Shown: positions 1-9,690 of the stretch, in pieces
Layout: every line of letters begins with the position of its first letter
Numbering within the stretch: the first letter of the stretch is position 1
From: Cyanidioschyzon merolae
Lineage: Eukaryota
Reading direction: 5' to 3' (one strand)
Length of the DNA: 64,000 nucleotides
Assembly: GCA_000091205.1 (NCBI GenBank)
Contig: AP006494.2
Program-made: the position numbers and the translations under genes
The notes under the pieces: generated by a model
The model's input: only the letters and a program-made list of their open reading frames with translations
Databases searched by the model: none
What the model was told of the DNA's origin: nothing

Positions 1-1054
1 AGATCCACCGTTAAGGCGTCTCAGAAAGCTGCTTTTCTCCGCCACGCAAACGAGGGATGCAACCCATTTGGCTGCGCTGCGCCTTCATCACCCGGTTTAC
101 CTCCTGTGTCACGCGTCGACCGAAGGCGCTCGCCAACCATCGAAGTTGCGCAGGGGGCTCATGGACCAAGTACCTGCAGGACTGACCCTGTGCTCGCTGC
201 GGTTTCTCTCCGAGGAGGATAAGCTGCGCTTCCTCCTTCGTCTCATTGTGTGTGGCCCGGACATCCTCGCCACGCTGAGGGATCCGTCTGACCAATCGAG
301 TCGCCCAGATCATAACCGTATGTTGATTTTTGTGAAATCTGTTGAAACGACCCATCGACTTTGTCGATTCGTACAGCTCGCCTCGAACTGGTTATGGCTG
401 AGGCATTACCCGAGTCCAGTATCTACTCGGGACCGGGGTCCGCGGCTGCTCGCAGAAGAGATAAGCAAACAGGTCTCCGAATCAGCACGTGCGGCGACGT
501 TGGAGCGCTTCCAACGCGGCACGACGCAGTGGTTGATCTGTTCCGATGTCATGGCTCGGGGCATGGACATTGCGGAGGCATCGCATGTCGTGAATTTCGA
601 TGTACCAGCACATCCAACAACTTATCTTCATCGAGTTGGACGCGTCGCACGGGCAGGTCGACCCGGAACTGCCTTAACGTTTCTTTTGCGAAACCAAGTG
701 GGGTATTTTCAGTCTGAAATCATTGCACGGGTGCGCAACGATACCCAGAAGGACCTCGGAATCATTCGTGCAGAGCATATTGTCCCTGATTTGAGACGCG
801 AACCTTTTGGTTTCGGTGTCGAGCATATCCTTCGTGGTACCGCATTGATACTTGAGCTTGAGCAACAGGCCCTGGTGGCACCACATCAACCATTGAGTCT
901 TGTGATTAGTGCGTATGTTCGCGAGCAGGTTGTTGATGAGCCTGTGAATGAGGTGACGGAGATGCGCGCGGGAAAATCCGTGAAGCGAATGAAGCGCGCG
1001 CTGAGCATCATCGCACTTCAGAATTGGTGCGACAAGTCCGAAACCTTCGCATAG
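1..1054 (+). CDS. DEAD-box ATP-dependent RNA helicase, DDX51/Dbp6-like; 5' end truncated by window edge (frame open from nt 2)
   Basis: Frame 2 is open from the window start. It contains motif III (KLLFSATQT), a segment (LAALRLHHPVYL) resembling the DDX51 LQQLGLHQPRLF region, and the helicase-C motifs LICSDVMARGMDI and HRVGRVARAG. The ORF track start at 68 is a TTG, not a real start. Confidence 0.75.
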   Translation, partial: DPPLRRLRKLLFSATQTRDATHLAALRLHHPVYLLCHASTEGARQPSKLRRGLMDQVPAGLTLCSLRFLSEEDKLRFLLRLIVCGPDILATLRDPSDQSSRPDHNRMLIFVKSVETTHRLCRFVQLASNWLWLRHYPSPVSTRDRGPRLLAEEISKQVSESARAATLERFQRGTTQWLICSDVMARGMDIAEASHVVNFDVPAHPTTYLHRVGRVARAGRPGTALTFLLRNQVGYFQSEIIARVRNDTQKDLGIIRAEHIVPDLRREPFGFGVEHILRGTALILELEQQALVAPHQPLSLVISAYVREQVVDEPVNEVTEMRAGKSVKRMKRALSIIALQNWCDKSETFA

Positions 1055-2987
1055 GGCACACGTACTCGGCAGCGTCGTCGAATGCACAGGCTACTGCTGT
1101 GATGTCATATGGTTGGTGGTTGTTTTCTTTTTGGGGGGGAGCGTGCTCTACCGCAACTGTGGTATGTTTCCCCATGCTGCATCAATGTTGAAGCATTATT
1201 AGGTGTCTAGCTCGAGCCACGCGATGATTATCGTTTGGCGAAGCGGCGGCATCTGCTGAGTGCAATGCACATATCAGCTTTGACGTATCCATTGCAATAT
1301 TACTTTGGAATGTGAACGCATATGCAATTCGAGAAGAACTCGGCCCGGTTTCGCGACGCCTGCAGTGAAATGGCATCCGCAAGCACGTGGGCGGAGGTAT
1401 GCATCGATCCGCGCTCAGCCGTCATTCCTATGCATTGAAAGCCAACACTAGGATCGGGATCACGCAGGCACGTGAACAAGAACCCGATTCAGCCGTACCC
1501 ATTATCGCTTGCCACCGGTTCGTGCGAAGAAGTGCAAGCTACAAGTCGCTTTGCGTCGGTCTGGTAATTTGCCAGCCCAAACGACCACGAAATTCCTGGA
1601 GGAATGACTCCAGGGGCACGCAGCACATCCAGTACCTTGATGAGCGCAGCATCTCAGTTCGTGCATGTTCACGACTCGCAAGGCATGATGGGAAAAGTTC
1701 GGCCAATCGGAAATTTACTCCTAGTCCAGTATCCGTGATCGTTCATATGCTTGCGTCTAAAAGTCATCGATCTAGATGTATTTTCAATGTGTATGTAAAA
1801 TCACTGAGCATCCGCTATCATGATGCATGCTTGAGGCCTCTGCGCCTGCTTTGAGTCTTCGTGCAAAGTCCGGCGGCGTCAGGTTGCCTCATGGTACACA
1901 AACAGAATCCAGTCGGCGAACAATCGTGCGTCCCGCTGCCTGCCGATTATCGGCTCCTCTGCTAAAGCGCACGTCATGCCCAGGGATCAGCTGGGCGACT
2001 CGAGGCATCCGCGACTTTTGTGCAGGCATATCCTTGAGCGGGCGCTTCGTCCACGTCTGCGACTGCTGCTTACCTCGTACCTTGAGAATACCCGCACGTG
2101 TTCGCGAATAACGCTCTCGGGATCGATGCTTGCTTTCGGGGAATCCCCGGGCGGAACGGATTCCGGCGCATACCTGGGCACGACGTGAGCGCAATCGTCT
2201 GTTTTGTCGAGAGCCACAAAGCGAGGAGGATTCTTCTTTCGAACAGAATCGATCACTGGACATGGCAAGTTTAGTGAAAGCTCGACTTGAGCGTACGAGC
2301 ATACCGTCACGGGAACAAGTCGCGTATATTTCTCGTCCATTCAGCGGCGCTAATGACACCGCGCAGTAGTCGCCCTGAAAATGATAGATTCTTGAAGAAT
2401 GCGTGATGTGAGCATACTATATGGAACAAAAGTACGCGATTAGCGACTTGTGCATGTGAATTGGCTAAGGATATCGGTTCATAGTCGAACTCTTCTTCAG
2501 GTACTTTCGAATCATCTTCATTACGGTGACGTAACGGATTCCAGCAGCTAGAGCTGATACGAGTCATCTCGAAAAAAAACCCCCACTGAAAATCTTGAAT
2601 TACCCATGAATACGCATGCTCGTATTGCGGCACGTCGACCCTCGAACCTGAATATCTAACACTGGTTCGCGAGAAATCTCAAGACAGGAACAGAACGTAC
2701 AGACCAGCGTTCCATGTTCATGATCAACGGGTACAAGGAGCGTATCCAGCGACCTTTCCAGTGTTCAGCGAACGTTTGCCCGCACACCAGCTATACGGTA
2801 TTGTCAGTCGCTACGGAGCGTCTGCTCGGAACGGGCCGTGCGACGCCTGCTTCTGCTGCGTCAATGAAAGACCCCGCCCTGGTACGCAGACGCGTCAAGT
2901 CGTGCTTTTTCGGGGTGAACGAGCTGCCCGCGACTTGCGTTTCGAACTGAGTGGATCGGCTTGTCCGGCTTTTCTCATGCGGCTGCG

Positions 2988-3509
2988 ATGCCTGCGCGTC
3001 TAGTCTGCGCAAGCTCCATACGTTCCCGAGGCTGGCTCACTGAGCCGCTGGGGAGGCTCGCTCAGCTCGTTTTCGTCGTGTCTGGCTTCTACGTAGGATA
3101 TGCTCTCGTTCTAAACCTGTTGGACTGGTTTGTACTGGGTAACGCAGGAGACCAAGGTTCTGTATTCGAGCGCATCTTCAACGCTGCGAGTCTGGGTTTG
3201 GAGAGCGTTCCGGCTATCGCGCACGCGTTGGCACTCAGCCTGGCTTTACTTTGGAGCGGCGTTCTCACTTACTATGTTGTGGATCGAGCTCGACAGTGCG
3301 TGGACTACACGACATCGCTCCTCGCATTTCATGTCATAGCGTGTTGGGCTAGCTTCGGTTTACCAGCTGGGCTCCTATGGTGGTGTTGGGTTTTCATGAT
3401 TGGAGGTGGTGCCGGCCTAGTCGCAACGATTCTCCGACAGCGCAAGGACCTAGCACCGATTGCCATTGTTACCGCTGAGAACGGACACAACAACATGGCG
3501 CTTCCGTAA
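2988..3509 (+). CDS. SYS1: SYS1-family Golgi integral membrane protein (4 TM)
   Basis: Collinear similarity to human SYS1, e.g. DRARQCVDYTTSLLAFHVIACW vs RRGKQCLDFTVTVHFFHLLGCW and LPAGLLWW vs FPSALTWW. The track start at 2961 is TTG; the first in-frame ATG is 2988. Single exon. Confidence 0.75.
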   Translation: MPARLVCASSIRSRGWLTEPLGRLAQLVFVVSGFYVGYALVLNLLDWFVLGNAGDQGSVFERIFNAASLGLESVPAIAHALALSLALLWSGVLTYYVVDRARQCVDYTTSLLAFHVIACWASFGLPAGLLWWCWVFMIGGGAGLVATILRQRKDLAPIAIVTAENGHNNMALP

Positions 3510-4893
3510 CGAAGGCGGGTACGTGGTGCTTTTGGTACCATTTTTGGAGTCCGCCATAGCGCGGGAAACCAGTCGGTCTATTGTACATGCTTGAGCATGC
3601 ATTTCCGCATCTATTGAAATTGTTGCCACCACCTCTGCGCAGCGTCTTTCGTAGAAACACTGTGATCCATGGAATAGCTTGGAGCGCTTAACGCTCGGGC
3701 ATCAGCACCCGTGCGCACCTATGCAACGCGAAACCTCCAGTGCAGTCCAATCCGAAGATGTTGCGACGCCTTGGTGTCAGGCGGTGCGCATCCGTCGCTA
3801 GCGTGTATGCGAACGCAGGAGCTGGTAGGTCCACTCTTGGCGGGACGCTCTCGTAGCATATATTGGCAACTGTCAGGGTGTCGAATATGCACTTTGCGCA
3901 TCGTCTCTGGAAAGCATGCCCGAAAGCGTGGTACATGAGAGTAGTCAGCAGCGCTTATGCCTGCCGAAGGCGTCACTCAAAGCAGTGAACGGGGTCATCC
4001 GTGTGAGCGCCGACGTCTCTGTTCATAAGTCGACAGGAAGCGGCATCATGGCAGGTATATCTCCCGCATGCGGCGCGTACCTGCGCGTGGGGTTGTGTGC
4101 CACGGTGCCGAGCTGCATCCCTGCCATGACGCATACAGGAACAACGTCATCGAGCCGCTGATCTGACCAATGTTTTCTGCAAGCACCAAGGATAAACATG
4201 CCCGATACCTTGCGTGCCGTCATCGAAGCGCGCCTTTGATCCGAACACGGAGCGGTTGATCCAAGCTGTCGTCCGTAAAAGCGCGGAAAGGTCCCCAGAT
4301 CGACGACCTGCTCTGGGGCATTCCACGCAACACCCAAAACCATGCACATGTCACTTTCAAATGTTGTGCAATTGCGACATTGTCGTCTCGGTCTGCAGGT
4401 TCACAGAGGAAACGCTTTTGCCAGTAAGTGCTCGTCTCTATCGTGAAGCACTGCAATGCACTGCACCATCGGCTGCAGGTTCATAAGAGGCGATTTTGCG
4501 CTACGAATCTCTTGTTGGCTTCAGCACGATGCTGCATCCATCCAGTGGACGTTGAAGCAGGATGGCTATCCGATGGTGTTCTCGGCGCTCCTATTTTCCT
4601 TCGAGCAGTTCATTTGTCCAGGACTCTGCATGCAACGGATTCAACGCATGCGCTGATGTTCGTGGAGCACGTCCAACGCCTCTATCCATGCCACTACGCT
4701 CTGGTCACTCGTGACCAGCAGCAGTTCTCGTTCAAGAAAACGTTCGGAAGCAAGCGGTTGCCGTTCAGCGTCGCGCCCGCGGTCATTGGAATGTAACCAG
4801 TTTTGCTTGTACCTACCGGGATGCTCGCGCGAGCAAAACGCGCAAACGTCCTTCACATCAAGTCGAAGCGCGCAAGACGTCTAAAGATGCGCA

Positions 4894-5535
4894 TCATCCG
4901 CACCGTTCCGGAAAGCTAGCTGAAGCACACTTTTCAGCGAGACACGCCCTGCAGGCGCTAACGTAATCTGCTGCCGGTTGGCAGCGAACGCGCTCAACGA
5001 GATCTTCAGCGAATGCATCTCGCTCTAAATGAAAACATCCCCGTCGACGCAGTTCCGTGAGCACCGCCCAGCGGTGCTGCCAAGCCGAGTTGTTCAGCGG
5101 GTCACGTTCGAGTTCGCGAACAGTGGTGCTGTTCCACTCTCGCCAGAGCAGATCTTCGTTTATAAGTTGCGGATTTCGAATCAACCACTGCCGATGACTG
5201 TACAAGTGATAGTTTTTCGCGTTTTCCGGGTCCGTGAGCAGCGCATCGAGCCGATCCAGCTCCTCTGCGCCGAGCGCTGACAGGGCTGAGGCCTCAAGCG
5301 CTTCACACTCGGTGAGACGCCTGATCAAAAGCACACGCCGGTGGTGCCAAACCTGGTAGTTCTTGGGAAACCTGCGGCACCACTGATCCGCTTTGGCCAA
5401 ATCGTCCTCGCCGAGCTCCCGTGCGATCTCCCAGGCAGTATAGTCCGCGGGGTTCAGTTGGAGGACCGGTTCCAGGCCAGCGTCAGCGATCCGATCCCGA
5501 GCGCGCTGGACACGTTCCACGCCACGTATCCTCAT
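4894..5535 (-). CDS. protein prenyltransferase alpha-subunit repeat (PPTA) protein, FTase/GGTase alpha-like; possibly incomplete
   Basis: Four PPTA repeats are recognisable: NPADYTAWEIARE, KNYQVWHHRRVLL, KNYHLYSHRQWLI and NNSAWQHRWAVL. ATG at 5533-5535. At 213 aa it is short for a full alpha subunit. An adjacent ORF (5532-5927) in another frame overlaps by ATGA. Confidence 0.5.
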   Translation of the reverse strand: MRIRGVERVQRARDRIADAGLEPVLQLNPADYTAWEIARELGEDDLAKADQWCRRFPKNYQVWHHRRVLLIRRLTECEALEASALSALGAEELDRLDALLTDPENAKNYHLYSHRQWLIRNPQLINEDLLWREWNSTTVRELERDPLNNSAWQHRWAVLTELRRRGCFHLERDAFAEDLVERVRCQPAADYVSACRACLAEKCASASFPERCG

Positions 5536-6789
5536 GACAGCGCTTCTAGCGCTGCTTGATGGAAGCGTTTCAACCCAAGTGTGCGAGCCTGAAAACGAAC
5601 GAACACCGCTCTGCAGCAGATTGTCAAACTGACTATGAACCGCGGACGCTGCGGCATCGGTTTGCCTTTGTGGCCGCGCTCGCCGCCGCCAAGACTTTGT
5701 TGCAACACACGTCGTGTTACCGCTGCGACCCGCTTCGTATTCGAGCGATACTTGGCTTGGGTACGATCATCATCGACCCTGAGCTCTATGTGTTCGTGGA
5801 AATCATGGTCAGAGAAGCGAGTGTTCTGAGTTATATTGAACAGCGGAACGCGACTATCGATCCTCAGTTGCCCATGGATAGTGTTCTCGACGTATACAGA
5901 TGAAGCTCGATCCTTTCTGGGGTGCACAGCGGCACCGTGCCTGTTTCCTGCTCCAGCCGAGAATCTAATCCTCTTTTCCAGGTCAATGACTTTTTTACAT
6001 CGGGTGTCTGCAGCGTCTCACAACCAGGCGCGTACTGAGGCCGAAATGATTCCCTGCAAAGTTCATTTGACATGAATGTATTGGGGGCTCCAGAGGCACG
6101 ACATGTTGCCGGAAGTCGATTTTAGGCGGTGAATTCGAGGTGCGAAACTAGCTTTTGTGCGTTTTTGCTCATGCCATCTCAACATAGCACGTCTGTCATC
6201 TCCGATGGCTACGTCGTCTGATATTTGCTCACCCTGCCGCACACTATGCCCTGCGTTCCGATGTGTTCCGCGCATCTCTCCCGAGCCTGTACCAGCGTGA
6301 ATATAAGCCCATGAAGCGTTTGTGCTGTCCTGAGCACACTGATGGGGATCGATTCCCGCAGTTGTTGTATGCTCTCGTCGGCGGTGTACGAGTACAGCCC
6401 TTGTGCACTGCGGCGCGTCCAGCGCTATGGACTTGTACACAACGACTCGACGAATTCTGCCATATGCGTTGCGAAATCACTAAAGAACCTGGCGAATGCA
6501 TGATTCATGGGTCCGTACAACCGAAACCGGTCGCTCTCCCAGCGCTGTCTCATGTACTCAAGCAAAGAATCGTCGGCCTGAGCCATCTGGATACTCTGGT
6601 GTTCTCCCAATCGAGCGTTTACAGTACATCCAATGCTCGACACGGTACTCAGAGCGTTTAAACGAACCCTGGGGACGTCATCCCTGTTGCTCGTACGCCT
6701 CCTGGCGTCTAAAACGACCGGCGCCTGTTGGTACCGAGCCCTCGAAAAGTTCAGCAGGTTCATTCGCTTTCCCGTTTATCGGATCTGTG

Positions 6790-6845
6790 AAACGATAAAC
6801 GTTTCACGACCGTATCGTGCACACATACACCCATTCGCAGCCGCC
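6790..6845 (-). repeat. Copy D (partial) of the conserved Fanzor-unit 3' element
   Basis: Immediately follows the stop of ORF 6848-7360. gtttcacgaccgtatcgtgcacacatacac...gcagccgcc aligns with ggttccatgacagtatctacgtgcgctttacgtacactgcaccgccgc at 54665-54750. Confidence 0.4.
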
Positions 6846-6847
6846 TT

Positions 6848-7360
6848 TCAGCCTTTTATGAAAGAATGACTGCTATAGGCTTTCAGTTTCTCCTTGCACA
6901 CGTCGAGTCGGAGAGGCTGCAGCAAAAATTTGTATCTCGTCAGCTCTGCAGGTCTCTTCTGCGGCACCGCATATCTGCTGAAATTGATGGCGGCGTTGAC
7001 GTCCCGGTTCACGAACTCCATGCGTTTATTGCGTCTGGTAGATCTCATTAGTGCAATGGGGTCTCGGATTCGTGCCCGACCCCCATGAGCGACTACAGTC
7101 TCGTCAACTTCCCGCCGTGCAACCAGATTTTCTCGCCAATCAGCATTCTTCTCCTTCTTCTTTGACACTTGCGCTTCTTCGCTGGATGTTCGGCAAGCAG
7201 AGGTTTTTTCCTTTGCGTCGAACGCAGACACAGCGGGCTTCCGGGATCCTCTACTTGCATTTCGGTACCTATTCCCTGGATTTTTCCTTCTACATGAACG
7301 CACTCCTATATGCTCTTGATTGAGGACCTTCCCGGATGGAGGTGGACTCGATGCAGACAC
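6848..7360 (-). pseudogene. Fanzor/TnpB-like C-terminal fragment with intact RuvC-III motif NRDVNAAINF and QP-tail
   Basis: RIRDPIALMRSTRRNKRMEFVNRDVNAAINFSRYAVPQKRPAELTRYKFLLQPLRLDV aligns with the 54752-55000 copy (RGLLALISTTNDGKKRMEL / NRDLNAAINIRRCAML...ANFIGQPLKVEL). No upstream RuvC-I lies in the same ORF. Confidence 0.6.
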
Positions 7361-8179
7361 ACGAAATCTGTCCCGGTATCAAGGTGAGTTGAATGCTTCA
7401 GCGATTCGCCCAGTGGAGCAAGCATTCGTATTCTCGACACTAGAAACTCCTTCGATGACGTTGAAACTCGCAGAGCTTACGTAGGAAACAAAAGCAGCTC
7501 TAGTCCTCGACAGATTCAGCAAAAGCTCGAACGCGAGTGGATTGGTAAAATACCGTGTTGTCTAATGGAAGTACGTCGCCAGACGTCAGGGAAAAGTCTT
7601 CTGTGATGCGACATAGTGGTTGGTGCTGGTATATGAGACTTCGGTACAGAGGAAACTGGAGCTGCCGAATGAATCCACTGCAGCTAGGAGAGCTGCTGAT
7701 GTCATCGTTCTCTTCGAATTTGATCGTACATAAAATTGGCTCTTTCACCTCGAGTATCCAGATACGCTCCGACCGTTTCATCCGAAGCAAGTCTCATCGA
7801 CTGAAGAAACAAATCGACGTCGGTCTATTTCATACCGATCGAGACGTTCCAGGAATTCTTTCGTTGCGATACGAGTAAAAGATGGCCGTGATTGAAACTG
7901 AACTCTACGTGCGATGGTGTTCCGGTTTTTTCCGGACCATAGGCACAAGCTGTAGAGAAACAGAGACCCACATGGCGTCTCCTGTTGTCGCTTTTGGTTT
8001 CCGTTAAATTAGATCAACGGGTCATTTTCAAACATTGAACGCAAGCAGTCTCTGGAACTATCGGTTACTGGCGCGGAGCGCAAATACTGCTTCTGTTCAG
8101 TGCTCCTCAACCATCTGCCTACTGTCGTGTGACTGACCTGAACGAGGGATGCAAACTTCGCAGCACTTTTCATGAAGGA

Positions 8180-8275
8180 CTATATATATCCTACAGACGA
8201 TTTATCCACGGTCCATACGGTATACTGCATGGTGATTTCGATCTCCGGATATACACTGCTGCGGAGGAATCAAAC
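8180..8275 (-). repeat. Copy A of the conserved Fanzor-unit 3' element (starts tatatatcctacag on + strand)
   Basis: About 77% ungapped identity over 78 nt to 37664-37741 (tatatatcctacag...ggtata.tgcat.gtgat..cgatctcc.g.tatacactgc). Lies directly 3' of the tail segment FDSVPVSNIK in ORF 8202-8894. Confidence 0.6.
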
Positions 8276-9599
8276 ACATTTGATTTGAAAGAATATAATG
8301 GGCCTTGATGTTCGAAACAGGGACCGAATCGAATACAAGCTTGCAGCGTCTTGGGCGATAGGATCCTCCGAGGGATTCCTTTCCGGTCTTAAAGGTACTG
8401 TCCAGCAAAGCGCAATGGCACGAGATGTTCCTAAGGCAGACCTCATGTTTGAAGCGTCCTTTGCATACGACGTCCATCGTTCCGAGATCAAGAGCAACAC
8501 AATAAGATCCGATGATCTGAAGCGACGCTCGCTCTGGCTGCAACATCTCGTCGATGCTCGCTACCTCTTTGATCTCTTTTGGCAACAGCTCGTCATTCGC
8601 GTCCGTTGTCACGCCAAGAGTTCCTTCCTCCAGAGCCCATATATCTGGGTCAGTGTGCTGCGGGTGCAACGCCCACGAGGCGAAATTCATGATGCCCTCG
8701 ACATTGAACAATATACAGTTTAGGATTTTCAGGCGTGTTTGAACCTTTTTGACACCTGTGCTGGAGACGCTTCGACCGGCAACGTCGCACTGCGGAGCGT
8801 CAAGAATTTTCCGCGAAGCGCATATGCAAATCTCTGGTCCAACGGTCAGGCCGTGCTGCATCTTCTGTCTCGAACATGAGTTGTGTTCAAGCACGAAAGT
8901 TTGATGGATAAATTCCGTAAGAATCTGGACAGCTTGCAGAGCTGCGTCCAGAGCTCCTGCGGATATTTGCTGAGCGATCTACGTCGAGGCGAGGAATGCC
9001 AGATGAGCCTCCCTCGAGTACGAAGCTGCTCGATCATTCCTAGCGTTCTGCATATCGCCTCTTGCGAGATTCTCCCGTTGGTTTGTTTCAATCGAGAATC
9101 CTTGACAACGTTTGAAGACTGATATTCGCCCCACAGAAATTTTTCTATCCGGCCCCTCGTCGTCTTCTTTTCGCGAGGATGATTCCCTTCTTTGCTGAGC
9201 GGTACCTTCGCCTTGCCCGTTACTTTTGCGGGACGGAAAGGGTTCGGGTGCGATGCACCAGGTACGTTTTCCCAGTGACTCAGACGAACTGGATGGACGA
9301 TGGGAATCAAGTCCGCGTTTCCCATCTATGCATCTATCTACTATTCCGCGTGCATCTTTTCGTCGCCTTGCCCGACGCGCGCATGTGCATGAACCCAAAC
9401 GCACCATTCAGTGCTGTCCAACGCCCGAGCGGAGCAGCAAACAGTAGTTCTGGGCTGGTGAGGGGAGAGCGCGCGGCGTCGCAGGGAACGATTCGTCGAA
9501 TGACGTCATCAATGATTCGAACGACTCGAATGTGCGTTGTTGAGCGTAATCATGACGTTTGACAGCAGAGAAGACGCCTTCGACTCGACTGAAACGGAG

Positions 9600-9690
9600 A
9601 CCATAGGCTAGCATGAAGGGTAGCTCAGCTCTACTCTGAGTTACGTGCAGCATGCCCTTGTTCAGGTGATGGAAAGCGACGTTGTCGAAC
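9600..9690 (-). repeat. Copy E (diverged) of the conserved Fanzor-unit 3' element
   Basis: gcatgaaggg...ttacgtgcagcatgcccttgttcaggtgatggaaagcgac resembles catgaaggac...tactgcatggtgatttcgatctcc of copy A. Follows the tail-like segment MFDNVAFHHLNKG. Confidence 0.3.

Noticed and set aside
2590-2670. tRNA-like T-loop signature (ggttcgagg on the minus strand) with an adjacent short hairpin aatacg/cgtatt
   Set aside because: I could not build acceptor, D and anticodon stems around it. It is probably an incidental hairpin. A tRNAscan run would settle it.
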